This document shows positions 36,755 through 50,280 of a stretch of DNA of 60,346 bases, piece by piece. Under the pieces are notes generated by a model that had not been told where the DNA came from, did no database searches, and worked only from the letters and a program-made list of their open reading frames with translations. Numbering within the stretch: position 1 is the first letter of the stretch; every line of letters begins with the position of its first letter. Origin of the DNA: Chiloscyllium plagiosum (Eukaryota); contig NC_057719.1 of NCBI RefSeq assembly GCF_004010195.1, positions 64,612,864-64,673,209 of the forward strand, written 5' to 3'. Made by a program: the position numbers and the translations under genes.

Positions 36755-39527
36755 ATCATCCATGTGCTTATCCAAGGATTGTTCAAATGTCCCTCATGTT
36801 AACTACATTAGCAGGCAGGGCATTCCACACCCTTACCTGAGTAAAGAACCTGTCTCTGACATCTGTCTTAAATCTATCATCTCTCAAGTTGTAGTGATGT
36901 CCCCTCGGATAAGCTGATGTCATCATCCTAGGAAAAAAACTTTCACCGTCTGCACTGTCTAATGCTCTGATCATCTCGTATTTCTCTATTAAATCCCCTC
37001 TTAGCCTTCTACTCTTCAATAAGAACAGACCCAAGTGTCTCAACCTTTCCTCATAAGATCTTCCTTCCAGACCAGGCAACATCCTGGTAAATCTCCTCTG
37101 CACCTTTTCCAATGCTTCCACATCCTTTCTGTAATGGGGCAACCAGAACTGTACATAATGTTCCAAGTGTGGCCGCACTAGTGTTTTGTATAGTTACAGC
37201 ATGACATTATGGCTCTGGAACTCAATCCCTCTACCAATAAAACCTAACACACCGTATGCCTTCTTAACAACGCTATTAATCATGGTGGCAACTTGCAGGG
37301 ACCTATGAAAATGGCTCCCAAGATCCCTCTGCACATCCACACTACCAAGAATCTTTCCATCCACCCAGTATTCTGCCTTCCAGTTAATCTTCCCAAAGTG
37401 AATCACCTCACATTTATCTGCATTGAACTCCATTTGCCACCTCTCAGTCCAATTCTGCTGTTTATCCAAGTCCCCCTGCAACCTGCAATATTCTTCCACA
37501 TTGTTCACTACTCCACCGACTTTAGTGTCATTTGCAAACTTACTAACCCATCCAGCTATGTGTGCATCCAAGTCATTTATAAATGGTCCCAAAACAGATC
37601 CTTGTGGCACACCGCTAGTAACCGGACTCCAGGCTGAATATTTTCCATCAACCACCACTTCTTACAGAAAGCCAGTTTCTAATCCAAACTGCTAAATCAC
37701 CCTCAATCCCATGCCTCTGCATTTTCTCCAACAACCTACCACATGGAACCTTATCAAAGGCTTTACTGAAGTCAATGTACACCACATCAACTGCCCTACC
37801 TTCATCTACATGCTTGGTCATCTTCTCAAAAAATTCAGTGAGGTTTGTGAGACGTGACCTGCCCTTGATTAAACCATGTTGACTATCTCGAGTCAAATTG
37901 TTGCTTGTTAGATGATTATAAATTCTATTTCTTATAATCCTTTCCAAAACTTCCTGCAACAGATGTAAGGCTCTCTGGTCTATAATTACCTGTGTCATCT
38001 CTACAGCCCTTCTTGAACAAGGGCACAACATTTAGAATCCTCCTGTCCTCTGGTACTCAACCTCTAGACAATGATGACTCAAAGATCAAGGTCAAAGGCT
38101 CCAACATCTCCCCAGCTTCCCAGAGAATCATCTGATAAGTCCCAGGGGACTTGTCTACTTTCACTCCTCCTAGAATTAATAACACCTCTTCCTTACTAAC
38201 CTCGATCCTTTCTAGTCTAATATCCCATATCTAATTCTTCTCCTCGATAATATTCTCTTTTTCCTGAGTAAAACAGATGAGAAATATTCGTTTAGCACCT
38301 CTTCGATCCCGTCAGGGTACACACACAATTTCCCACTTTTGTCTTTGACTGGCCCTGTTCCTACCCTAGTCATCCTTTTAGAAAATTTTAGGGTTCCCCT
38401 TTATTCTACCTGCTAAAGACTACTCATGTCCTCTCCTTGCTCTTCTTAACTTTCTCTTTAAATCCTTCCTAGCTAATCTGTAACTCTCCATCGCCTCGTC
38501 TGAACCATCTCGCCTCAACATTACATAAGCCTTCTTCTTCCGCTTAACAAGAGATGCAATTTCTGTAGTAAACCACGGTTCCCTTACCTTATAACTTCCT
38601 CCCTGTCTGACAGAGACATACCTAGCAAGGACACGCAATATCTGTTCCTTAAACCAGCTCCATATTTCGGTTGTCCCCACCCCCTACATTTTGCTTCCCC
38701 GTTCTATGCATCCTATGTCTTGCTTAATAGCATTATAATTGCCCTTGCCCAATGATAACTCTTGACCTGTGGCATGTATCTATCCCTTTCCATCGCTAAA
38801 CTAAAAGTAACCAAATTATGGTCAGTCTCTCCAAAGCGTTCACCTACCAATAAATCAAACACCTGTCCTGGTTCATTACCAAGCACCAGATCCACACGTG
38901 TCAGGAAACCCTCCTGCACATATTTGACAAAACAGATCCATCCAATGTACTAGAGTTATAGCATTTTCAGTCAATGTTGGCAAAGTTAAAGTCCCTCATA
39001 ATGACCACCTTGTTCCTTTCACTCCTACCCAGAATCGTTTTGCCGATCCTCTCCTCTACATCCCTGGAACTCTGTGGAGACCTATTAAAAAAACTCCCAG
39101 CAGTGTGACCTCTCCTCTCCTGTTTCTAACCTCTGCATATACCACCTCAGTAGTGAGTCCTCAGCAAAAGTTCTTTCAGCTATCGTTATACTGTCTTTGA
39201 CTAATAAGGCCACACCTCTCCCTCTTTTACCACCTTCCCTCTTCTTAATGAAAGATCTAATCTCTGGAAACGGCAACATCCATTCCTGACCCTGCTCTAT
39301 CCATGTCTCCGAAATGGCCACAACATTGAAATCCTTGGTACCTATCCATGCTGCAAGCTCACCTACCTTATTTTGGATACTTCTGGTGTTGAAGTAGACA
39401 CACTTCAAACCAGCTTGCTGTCTGGCAGGACGTTCCTGTGACTGTGAAATCCTGTTCATGCCCTCTATACTCCCATCCTCCTGTGCGCTGGAACTACACC
39501 TCACGTTCGCATCCCCCTGCTGAGCTA
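36755..39527 (-). mobile_element. Near full-length CR1 ORF2 relic
   Basis: APE start LKCVYFNTRSIQNK..VVAISETW, RT motifs ([25 protein letters not shown]) and C-terminal RPHLEHYVQFW, with many indels. Confidence 0.9.
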
Positions 39528-39534
39528 GTGATGT

Positions 39535-40731
39535 CACAGAGCAGCTCCCTTCCTTTACTATTCTCTGTCTCCTGTTGCCCAACCAGTTCTTTATCCATTT
39601 AGTTAGAACACCCTGGACCTCGTGCGACTTCACATTCTTCATCAGCCTACCATGAGGAACCTTATCAAATGCCTTACTAAAGTCCACATGTATGACATCT
39701 ACATCCCTTCCCTCATCAATCAACTTTGGCACCTCTTCAAAGAATTCTTTTAGGTTTGTAAGACATGACCTTCTCTGCACAAAACCATGCTGCCTATCAC
39801 TGATAAGCCCATTTCTTCCAAATGGGTATATACCACTGAGGGCGAAAGTGAGGACTGCAGATGCTGGAGATCAGAGTCAAAAGTATAGTGCTGGAAAAGC
39901 ACAGAAGGTCGGGCAGCATCCAAGGAGCAGAAAAATCGACATTTTGGGCAAAAGATCTTCATCTTAGGGTTTTGTCCGAGACGTCGATTTTCCTGCTCCT
40001 CGGATGCTGCCTGACCTGTGCTTTTCCAGCACCACAATGGTCCCTGCCACTGATGTCAGGCTCACAGGTCTGTAATTACCTGGATTAATCCTGCTACCCT
40101 TAAACGAAGAGACAACATTAGCAATCCTCCAGTCCTCTGGGACCTCCCCCATGCTCAAGGATGCTGTAAAGTTATCTGTTAAATCTCTAGCTATTTCCTC
40201 TCTCGCTTCCCTCAGTAACCTGGGATAGATCCCATCCTGACCTGGGGACTTGTCCACCTTAATGCCTTTTAGAATACACAATACTTCCTCCCTCCCTTAT
40301 GCTGACTTGACCTGGATTAATCAAAGGTCTATCCCTAACCTCAACATCCGCCGTGTCCCTCTCCTTGGTGAATACCGATGCAAAGTACTCATTAAGAATC
40401 TCACCCATTTTCTCTGACTCCATGCATATCTTTCCTCCTTTGTCCTTGAGTGGGTCAACCCTCTCCCTAGTTACCCTCTTGCTCCTTATATATGAATAAA
40501 AGGCTTTGGGGTTTTCCTTAGCTCTGCTTATTAAGGATATCTCATGACCTCTTTCAGCCATCTTAATTCTTCATTTCAGATTGGTCCTACATTCCTGATA
40601 TTCTTCCAAAGCTTCATCTTCCTTCAATCGCTTAGACCTTATGTACGCATCTTTTTTCCTCTTACTTAGTCTCACAATTTCACCTGTCATCCAAGGTATC
40701 CTAATCTTGCCATGTCTATTTCTCATTTTCA
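39535..40731 (-). mobile_element. CR1 ORF2 internal fragment
   Basis: KENPKAFYSYI, LNEYFASVFT, KSPGQDGIYPRLL, PGNYRPVSLTS and DFSKAFDKVPHGRL. Confidence 0.88.
39840..40035. mobile_element. Fold-back Penelope-like family A element with decayed hammerheads
   Basis: gtgctggaaaagcacag..ggcagcatccaaggagcagaaaaatcgac is inverted with gtcgattttcctgctcctcggatgctgcc..tgtgcttttccagcac. The centre (~39955-39965) lies in the core. Confidence 0.8.
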
Positions 40732-40799
40732 TTTGTCTGTTATTTGGCTTATTCTGTCTTGTATCTGTAAAACTGCCAGAACATCCTGCAGGTTAATAT

Positions 40800-41255
40800 T
40801 GACCAGGAACTTAACCGAACACCCAAAGAAATAATGTGGCTACAAGGGCAGGTTGGAGGCTGGGTATGTTTTCACTTTTCCTAACTCCTCAAAGCCTGTC
40901 CACTAACTACAAGTAACAAGTCAGGAGTGTTATCGAATACCTTGCACTTGCCTGGGAGAGTCCAATCCAACAATATTCAAGAAGCTCAATGCAATCAAAG
41001 ACAAAACAACCTGCTTGACCGATATTTCTATCTGCTACCTTAAATGCCTGTTTCCACTGTCACAGTGGCAACAGTATATATGCTGTTCCTTTGTTATTAC
41101 TATTAGGTCAAAGTCCAGGAAGTTTCCACTTAATATCATTGTAGAAACTATCATTAACTCTGTAGTAATTCAAGAAGTCAGTTCAATGCCAGTAACATGG
41201 AATAATAAGATAACTGCCAGCAATATCCACATTTTATGAGCAAATGTGAATAAAA
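40800..41255 (+). mobile_element. LINE 3' fragment (same family as 1690-2480)
   Basis: caagtcaggagtgttatcgaataccttgcacttgcctgggagag motif. Confidence 0.55.
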
Positions 41256-41305
41256 TTCAAGAACTCCTTTTTGTTTTCCAGCAGGTTTACCCTGTGATTT
41301 TATTT

Positions 41306-41633
41306 ACTTCAGTAAACAATAAGGGAAGGGGGGAAAAGAAGGGTTTAATCAGTGCTCTAGTGCCATCTGTTGTTAAGGATAATAATACAACATGTCTTTG
41401 AGACAGACGATTCGAGATATTATTTGGCAATGAAGAAATGTGTTATACTGTGTGTGTATATATATATATAATATATATATACACACACACACAGTATAAC
41501 ACATTTCTTCATTGCCAAATAATATCTCGAATCGTCTGTCTCAAAGACATGTATTATTATCCTTAACAACAGATGGCACTAGAGCACTGATTAAACCCTT
41601 CTTTTCCCCCCTTCCCTTATTGTTTACTGAAGT
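41306..41633. repeat. 328-bp near-perfect palindrome centred on (TG)n(TA)n(CA)n
   Basis: acttcagtaaacaataagggaagg...gtgttatactg is mirrored by cagtataacac...ccttcccttattgtttactgaagt. The only difference seen outside the microsatellite is a 3-nt indel. Confidence 0.95.
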
Positions 41634-43253
41634 CATCACTAACTGCTGCTTTCAAAATTTAAAAATCTTATAATTAAGTTGTAAACTTATAAAAGTACCT
41701 TTTCAAACTGAAAACAGTGGATACTTTGAACTTAAAATTTTGTTTTGTTAGTTTGCAGAATTAGAAATTCTTCTTTTAATAGTGGTTTAAAAAATAAAAT
41801 TTGAGTGCTAATTCTGTTTCTCCTGGACAGATCCTATTTTTTTCTCAGATTAACCCAATAAGTGGTCCTAATTCTTTGACTAGTAAGTTGTGTGCAACTG
41901 ATGGTTTACAACTGAAACAATTCTTAAAAAGAAACATGGAGTTAAAGCTTTTTTCTTACTCTCATCAGGGCTGCGATGTAAAAAATCCATCTTTGAAAGA
42001 AAATGTTAATTTGCATTGCTTGAGAAGAGGTCGGGCCATGGTTAGCATGTATGTGCAGCAGGAGTTGCCCTTTGACTGTCTACAGTGGATAGTTTGCTCA
42101 CCATACTCAACCAGCTGTGCTTGCAAAACCTATAACATAGTGTCCAGTGCTAGATGTGATTTTGCTATCGGAACAATAACAGTTACGAAGTAATCCGGAC
42201 TGTGCTAAGATTTACACTCTAAACTGATTTGTGATGAGCCATGGATTTCATTTGTGTGTGCTAGAAACTACATGTATTCGCACATGTGACCCTATCCTAG
42301 GTAGAGAAAGGTGTTAGTTTGTACATTACACTGTTTTCAATGAGAAAGGGTTTCGGAGACCACCAATCGCTGCTGCTTTCCTCATGGCATTATCCTGATT
42401 AATCAGAGTCTACCTGCCCGTTCTGTTAATCAGATATCTATGATTAGCAGTTAACAGATCCTGCTGCATCTCCATGACAGCTATAGTCCAACATTGCTCT
42501 GAAGATTATCCTTTACCTAGAATAATTGCAATATTTTAATATTTTTCTTTTGTATCGTTGCAAATTTCCTCTCATGCTCCCATGTAGTAGCTCTTACATT
42601 TTGTTTTGCTATCCTTTGCTGATTTTGTATCTTTTCCATTCTCCAGGGTCTGTTCTTTGTTTCTTATTTTGAATTTTTCTTTCAGTTTTATGCTGTTTCT
42701 TTTTATGCTTCATTAAGCTAAATTAGCTAAATTAATCTTATTATTCATCACTAGGTTTCTGCTCCCTATTATTTGTCTTTAGCTTCAGATCTCCCAATGC
42801 CTTTTAAGATTAATTCCTTTCATGATCTTACCACTCTCACTTTGTAAACATTTCTAGCTTTCCACTTTTTCCTTACAAACTCTACAGTTCCTCCCCTTTT
42901 GTTCCTTTTGGTTGCTTTCAGCAGTCTAAAATCCCCAATCTGAAGTTTCCACGCTGTGTCACCTTCTCTATTTACTGTGTTTTTAATTACCTTCTTAAAC
43001 GCCACATCTTGGATCAAATCTTTGATATCTCCTTCTTTGACACCTTTTTTAAAATATGTTCTCTGCATTGTGACATTGTTCTACATTAAAAACATTCTGT
43101 GATGTTATTATTACCTTTTACAAATAAGAAATTCCATTTTCTGACATTCCTTACTACTTTGTGTGGCATTTCTGACCCAAATATAAAACCCAAAAATTGG
43201 TTTCACGTGTAATCATTTTTCATGATCATTGCACTGAAGACCTGGTTTCAGTT

Positions 43254-43378
43254 CTGAAGAAGGGCTTATGCCCGAAACGTCGATTCTCCTGTTCCCTGGA
43301 TGCTGCCTGACCTGCTGCGCTGTTCCAGCAACACATTTTCAGCTCTGATCTCCAGCATCTGCAGACCTCAGTTTCTCC
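43254..43378 (+). mobile_element. Short Penelope-like family A insertion starting at an intact hammerhead core
   Basis: CTGAAGA-A-GGGCTTATGCCC-GAAACGTC from 43254. 12-bp TSD ttcagttctgaa at 43247-43258 (overlapping the core) and 43379-43390. Confidence 0.85.
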
Positions 43379-43672
43379 TTCAGTTCTGAAAACTTTGAAT
43401 TCGATTTGTACATGTAGAGGCAAATGTATTTTGTAGAAATTTTGTTTCAAGTTACATTTTTGCAGAGCAAATCATTTTTCATTTCTATGTAGTTTGTTTT
43501 CTTGAACTTTACAGCAACCTGATTCAACTGAAATTTATTGGCAAGTCCCTTACCCATCTATCAGCATTGGAACAGGATGTGGTGTATTATTCTGTGCATT
43601 GAGTTGAAGCAGCTCAGCAGGTGACAGAAATCTGTTTGACAAATGCCAACACTCTGCTTATTTTCTTGTTAG

Positions 43673-43827
43673 ATTGCCAAGACAGTAGTGAAAGAGTTAA
43701 ATTAACTTCAGAAACGAAATTACCTTCAGATGCAAACTCTAAAAATGCCCATTACAAAGACCAAAGGAACCAAACATTCTCCCAAAATAGGATCAAAGTT
43801 AAAGATTTTGTTAAGAAGAACATTGAG
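43673..43827 (+). CDS. FSIP1: FSIP1 coding exon 7 (DCQDSSERVK...KDFVKKNIE)
   Basis: Acceptor ttgttag, donor GAG|gtatgt, phase 1 to 0. Ends in the conserved DF(I/V)K(R/K)NIE motif. Confidence 0.9.
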
Positions 43828-44058
43828 GTATGTAGAATTACTTTGACCTCCCCACAACCTGTTAACTACAACAGTAGCATATTGTTTCGAGGTATATTGG
43901 AATTGGATCAATTGTTGGCTTGTTGCATGTGTCCAATTTTATTTTCATCACAAAAATTATCTTTGACTTATTGGTATAATTTTAAACAGGTTTAAGTTGT
44001 TTGTAGGTGTTTCTATCATCAGCCCTAGTTGTTAAAAATTAATTACTCATTTTTGTAG

Positions 44059-44160
44059 TTGGCAAAAGAAGCAAAGAATCCAGTGCTACTGACTGATGAT
44101 GAGAAAAAAAGATTAGCAGAACTACTGATGGATGTTGAAGCTGATTCATCAATTAGTGAA
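44059..44160 (+). CDS. FSIP1: FSIP1 coding exon 8 (LAKEAKNPVLLTDDEKKRLAELLMDVEADSSISE)
   Basis: Acceptor tttgtag, donor GAA|gtaaga, 102 nt, phase 0-0. Matches the recalled [23 protein letters not shown]. Not in the ORF track. Confidence 0.92.
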
Positions 44161-44587
44161 GTAAGATCAGTTGTTTCACACATTATAGCTCTGCATTCCT
44201 TTTATAGCAAAGTTAATCTTGATTGCTATGTGTAAAATAATTCAAGGTTGCTTTCTGATACCAAGTGTAATAATCATTCTCTACATCCTAACATTGAATG
44301 ATTTTTAGATGGATTTGTAACCATTGGAGGGCATCATAGTCAAGCCCGGTGCCGTCTTCACTGAACACTTCCCACATACCAGTTTTTTTGACAGCAACCA
44401 GGGTGGAAACATACCAACTTTCATTACTTCAGTTCATGGGTGTTTGGGCTCATCATAGCTCACGTACTGCTGCTGAAATCAACTGAGTATAGATAGACTC
44501 ATGAATCTAGTCTCTGGGATTAAAAAAAAAGTGGGCTCAGAATTGGCACATAATTGGCATCATGTTCCTTTGGTGGGGTTATCAATC

Positions 44588-45101
44588 TAGGAGAAAGTGA
44601 GGACTGCAGATGCTGGAGATCAGAGCTGAAAATGTGTTGCTGGAAAAGCGCAGCAGGTCAGGCAGCATCCAAGGAGCAGGAAAATCGATGTTAAGGGCAT
44701 GAGCCCTTCTTCAGGAATGAGGAGAGTGTGCCAAGCAAGCTAAGATAAAAGGTAGGGAGGAGGGACTTGGGGGAGGGGCATTGAAAATGCATAGGTGGAA
44801 GGAGATTAAGGTGAGGGTGATAGGCCGGAGTGGGGTGGGGGCGGAGAGGTCAGGAAGAAGATTGCAGGTTAGGAAGGTGGTGCTGAGTTCGAGGGTTGGG
44901 GCTATCCCCTTCACCTTAACCTCCTTCCACCTATCGCATTTCCAATGCCCCTCCTCCAAGTCCCTCCTCCCTACCTTTTATGTTAGCCTGCTTGGCACAC
45001 TCTCCTCATTCCTGAAGAAGGGCTCATGCCCGAAACGTCGATTCGCCTGCTCCTTGGATGCTGCCTGACCTGCTGCGCTTTTCCAGCAACGCATTTTCAG
45101 C
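44588..45101. mobile_element. Fold-back Penelope-like family A element
   Basis: About 200-bp inverted arms (44623-44823 vs 44902-45101), intact hammerhead at 45008-45043 (+), decayed one at ~44685-44718 (-). 14-bp TSD tggggttatcaatc at 44574-44587 and 45102-45115. Confidence 0.88.
45008..45043 (+). ncRNA. Minimal type I hammerhead motif (family A)
   Basis: AUUC-CUGAAGA-A-GGGC-UCAU-GCCC-GAAAC-GUC-GAUU. Confidence 0.7.
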
Positions 45102-46924
45102 TGGGGTTATCAATCACCAGTACCTCTTTTGGTGGTTTGCTTAAGAGGGGTGCTGAAATTTGGACCTCCCTAATGCTGTCTAAAAGGCAGCCTGCACCTT
45201 TTTAAAGGGAAGTTACATTTTGGCTGAGTGTAACTGCAAGCTAATTCAGGATCTTGCAGGCAAAAGAGAAGTTTTTTTAGGAACCCATTGTCTCTCATAT
45301 GCAGCACTGAAGATCATGAATTAGGAGATCAGCTGGAAGATGATATAATCATCCCATCTTGTGACAGAACAGTAATGCTAAACTACTGCACTGGGTTATG
45401 TCAGCAACATTGTAAGGTTGGAGGATGCACCTATCTTGCTATTTGGCTATTTTATATTGTACTCTCTCACTCATATACTATGCACTACTAAGTTAAAATA
45501 CCTCCAGCCAACACTAATCTGCCGATTTACTGCTCACTGAGGAGGCTTCAGACCAATCCATATCAGCAGCCTGCTTTGAAACTCTGCTCACATTTTGATA
45601 TCACAGCAGCTGAGATACCGACAACTTTTCAAAACAATTAATGACATTAAAATTAACCAATACCATGCTTTTTGAAAAAACGATTCTCTCTATTTACCAA
45701 TGTTAAATGATCCTTTTAAAAATTTCCAGGGCCTGAATCCAAATTCATGTCTTCATCAGAAACAAATTAGATCCTCATTATATCACTTATCTATGTGCTA
45801 AGTTTCAGTGAAATCCATTCATTTAGTTTTTGATAAAGGTTGTTTGCACACAAAGCAATTAACAAACAGGAGCAAAAAAAGGTCCTTTTGAGGAGTAGAG
45901 GTAATCTGGATTCTCCCAACAGATCTCACCTAAACTATATTTTTATCTGGATCCAGATTCAAACAGACAGAAAGATGACTGTCCAATATAATTTTTGTCT
46001 GCTGTAACTGCAAAACTACTGCATTGTATTTTGAGTAACACAGTTTTTCAACACACAAAATCGCCATAAGCAATCCTCAACTTGACACAATCCAGAAGTT
46101 GCTACTTTCAATAGTCTGCACTCCAGTTTTGCATAACTATAAGGATCAATTTTTAAACCTATTTTCAATAATTTGTTTGCTAAATTATTTGATCTGCTAA
46201 TATCATAGTTTGGAATAATAAGATGTGAAACTAAACACTGATTTTACTTTTTTCGGCTGGCAACTCTTGTATCTAAGCTGGTTCCAAACGTATGGCTATG
46301 CAGTCCTTTGACCTCACTTTGCAAACCTGAGAAGTGGAGGCTGATCTTTGGCAACCTATAATTCTATAAAGAATTGTACTGTACTCGCAGCTGTGTAAAG
46401 TTTGCTCAGGTTTGTACCCTGGAGATGATGATGCAGGTTCACTGCCGAGCTTTAATACAAGAGGGGAAGCAGCAGCCAGGAGTCATAAACTCAAATCAAT
46501 TGGTATAGAGAACTGGTGCTGTGCACTTTCTCCGATGATAGGAGGGAGCATCTTGACCTATTGGACAGTAGTTGTTCACCTCAAGTTGGTAAGTAAAGTG
46601 CTGATCCATTACATTCCGTTTGCTTTAAAGGGTGCTCAGAATTTAAAATATCTTGCCAGCAAGTGACAGAATCCATCACAACAGGCAAACAAATGAAACA
46701 GACTAAAAGAAAGAAGATACCAATTTTTTGTGGGCAAGCTGGAATGTTAAGACTAAGTGCCTGCAATGGTGAAAAAAACTGGCCAATAATGAGCACAAGA
46801 CAGCTGTGATTGATGTGGAACTTGCTTACTGAGAGTAGATCACATGACATGCTCACCCAGCAAAGGCAGATGAAGGGCCTGAACAAGGTGAAGGCTTGGC
46901 AATAAGGAACTCACTACTGTCAAC

Positions 46925-47205
46925 AGGAAGGCATTAGAAAATTGAATAAAATGTTATTCTTTATTGCTAGTGGAATAGAATACAAAATTACGGATACTTC
47001 GTTTCATTTAAATAGGACATAAGTGAGACCACAATTGGAATATTGTGTACAATATTGTTTCCTTATTTAACTAAGGATGCCTCTGGGTTGGAAGCGGTTC
47101 ATAAAAGACAAGTTAGAGTGGATGGGTTGTCTAATGAGAAATGTTAGTCAGATTGAACTTGTAACCCCTGGAGTTTGGAAGAGAAAGAGTATTGACAAGG
47201 TAGAT
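46925..47205 (+). mobile_element. Decayed CR1 fragment
   Basis: gtgagaccacaattggaatattgtgtacaa (VRPQLEYCVQ) motif. Confidence 0.65.
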
Positions 47206-48759
47206 ATGAACGAAGATGTAAATTCAATGATTGTCCGGAACAATTTTGTGTGGACCCATGGAAGCAACATGAACAGATTCAAGGAAACTTCAAACAGCAA
47301 GACTCAAAAGAAAGATTACAAGAGGATGCCCCCACACCTTGCCACCTCAGCAGGAAGCTGTCTTCTGCAGAAATGTTTGTATGGTACCCTTTCAGAGATA
47401 TTTAAATAATGGGGTTTAAAAACTGACTTACCCCTGGCCTGAGTGTATAGTGACATGTTCCTGTGTGCTGTAGTCGACTGTGAACTTTCAGAACAACTGT
47501 TAAACTAAGGACACAAAGGGAAAGCATAAAATTAAAGAACCCAAAGAATGTTAGAAATAAAGCATAAGGAAAAAGTATTGAGTAAGATAACTTTGCTGGG
47601 AAAAGCAGAAAGTCCAGCTCTGTACATGAACAAATGTAGGCAGCTATGAAACTTAATTAGTCAGTAAGGAGGAACAAATGCCTTTGACAGATCACTTCAA
47701 GTACCTACGAGAAAAGACAATAGGGGTTTGAAGATTGTGAGGTGGAAAACAATGAGGAATGGTTTTAAGACATAAAAACAGTCAGTAATCAGGTTTAAAC
47801 AAGGACATGAAGTAATGAGTAATTTTACAGGATATCAACACTTAATGTCATCACCCGAGTCAGTACAAGGGCAGTTTCTTCATCGCTATTCTAGTAATGT
47901 GATCAAAAGACTAACAAGTTCATCACAAGCACAGCAGGAATGTGGGGAGAACATCATGTTCATCAGCATGAGTTTGATTGACATGTTTAGTGGGCAAAAA
48001 ACTATATAAATACTAAAGATTGTGAGTGCCATTTCAGAGTAGTCTGAGAGAGCATGAGGTTGGTAAGTGCTGGTACCATTACCTCTCCTGAGGTTTTAGA
48101 ACCTCTACTTAGACTAGGGCTTGGTGTCTTGTTCCTCTGTAACTGAGACACTGTAATAAATGTTTAAATAAATGTGCTAAACCTTTAATGGACTGCTTGT
48201 AAGAATTTTATTCCAGGCAATTGAATGACCTCAGGGAAAGAACCAGTGAAGGTTGAGTAGATTCCAGGAGGGAGTCCTCCCTTACCCACTGAAGCTCTCG
48301 GGGAGGCTTTGACAAAACTCCCTGCACTGTATGTAAATAAAGGGTAAAAACACACTCTCAGTGAGTGTCACCAGCCAGCTATCAGTAAAATGGAAATAAG
48401 ATAAACCTGCAAAGCCAATATTAAATTTGACTGTTGAACTATCAATGTCATTGCTATTCGTATCATCCAGTGTGATAGTTGCAACATTCTGTTCCTCATG
48501 AAAAAGTCAGAGACTGAGTGGTGTATCGTTTTTTTTAAACTTATTTGAATTTGCTTATTATTCTTAATCTGTGTATATGCATGCTGTGTTTTTATTTCTT
48601 CTCATGTTTAGATGATCAAGGAAGTCTGTTTAAATTGGCTTTTTTTCAAGCCATGAATTCATTTGGTCTAGGAGAAAGACATCCAGAAGCAAAAGAATCC
48701 TTTGTAAAGGTGCTTGTTTCAACCAATTAAAGGGCCAGTTGAGTAAAGAATGGGAGCAA

Positions 48760-50280
48760 TCTGGAAGCTTAACTATTTTGGGTCTGCTGATTGATCGTAA
48801 CAGACGTAAAGTTCAACAGACTACGAGATGGTCTATCTCTTAATGTTGCTGCTTCAGCACATGGATTGTCAGGGTCATGTATGAAGTTATCAAAAGGAAT
48901 GGATCTACTGTATTAACAAAGATAACGTCCCATGTCTTGGTTTTCATTGAAGCTATCACATGACCTTAATAAACAGAGATGGGTGGAACACCGTTATACT
49001 CTAGCGAAATCATAGTCACTGAGGAAGGTCTAGACACCATAGAAGGCCTACCTGTTTGGTAGAGCTAGACATTGAACCCACAGTAGAGAAGCTTAGCTAA
49101 GCTGTTGTCTCACTTGCCATAAGCAAAGTTCCAGATTCTACTGATTCTACTGTGCTTAAGCTCAAAAAGCATGGGAAAACAGCAGTCCTGCAGCATCTCA
49201 CAAACCTCTTGGTCTTTGCTGGAGGGGTCAATGCTCCAAGAAATGCCTCTTGCGATCCTGTACAGGAATGAAGATAACCGTCATGATCGAGAAAACCATC
49301 AAAACATCTCTGTGCTAAGCTTCATCGGGAAAATATTTTTGTGTTGCACTTGTCAGACTGCAGATGCAGGGTGAATACGTGGTTCAGCATATCAGTGTCA
49401 TATCAAAGGTGGAAGATCGATAAGTGAAATGGTCTTTAGTCTAGCAGCTGCAAAGGAAATACATTCAACAAAGAAAAGCACTTTATTATGACTTCCCACC
49501 TGTTTCACCAAGGAATTTGAAGATGTGAACGGAGAAAGTTCTTAGTTAAAGAAAATTGTCTAACTACCAAAGTTACTCAATATGATAATGTGATGAGTAA
49601 GGTTATGACATGTTGGAACAGGCAATAATGATTTTCTATTCTTTTTATTTCATCATATACCTTCATGTTGGTGACAGAGGTTGTCTATTTCCATACCAGT
49701 GCTGACAACTGTTCAGCCTTGCCAGTGTGAGATCCAAGACAAGCAGCACCAAGTCCTTATCCAAGAGTTGCTTTACAGCATTGAATTGTTGGAGTTGACA
49801 TCTCTAGGCTCCACAATCATCAGCAATATGAAATCAGTACAGATGTTATGGAGCTATTATGTCCCAGTTGATTAAGAGCAATGGAATAACAATAACTTGA
49901 CCTCAGTCACCAAACTGCGAGTCTACAAAGCCTATAATCAACCCAACAGTGGTGAGACATGAGCAGCATATTTCCCCAAGAGTTTTCACCATTGCTGTCC
50001 CATATTCTGACCATCCATTTGCATGACAAGGTCACCATCTCAGAAGTCCTGGAGCATGCTAATTCCATCAGCATACACTTGCTGCCACGCTAACAATATA
50101 TCTACTATTAGGACATCTACAAGTGAGATAGGAAGATGATGTACATTGATGCTGACAGCTGGGAGGCTATCACTGTCAGCTGTGACCTCTGGAGGCTGAT
50201 TGTCTGGAAAAGCACTGGAAGAGGTGAGCAGAAATGAAAAGCTAACCTGGCCAAGAAGAGGATTCAGAGAAAACAAGCCA
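48760..50280 (+). mobile_element. Highly decayed RTE-like LINE
   Basis: Remnants ENHQNISVLSFIGKIF (resembling NYRGISLLSxxGKI), TSLGSTIISN and TKLRVYKA. No intact frame. Confidence 0.45.

Noticed and set aside
39085..39780. Longest ORF (231 aa) as a novel gene
   Set aside because: It is a chance read-through joining an RT fragment of one CR1 to the endonuclease start of another.
48020..48375. Second possible solo LTR
   Set aside because: Only an AATAAA and a loose TG...CA pattern, with no TSD or second copy.
48612..48710. Extra FSIP1 exon after the tttag acceptor-like site
   Set aside because: The required phase 0 frame reaches TGA after 14 codons, and exons 8 and 9 already join in frame.
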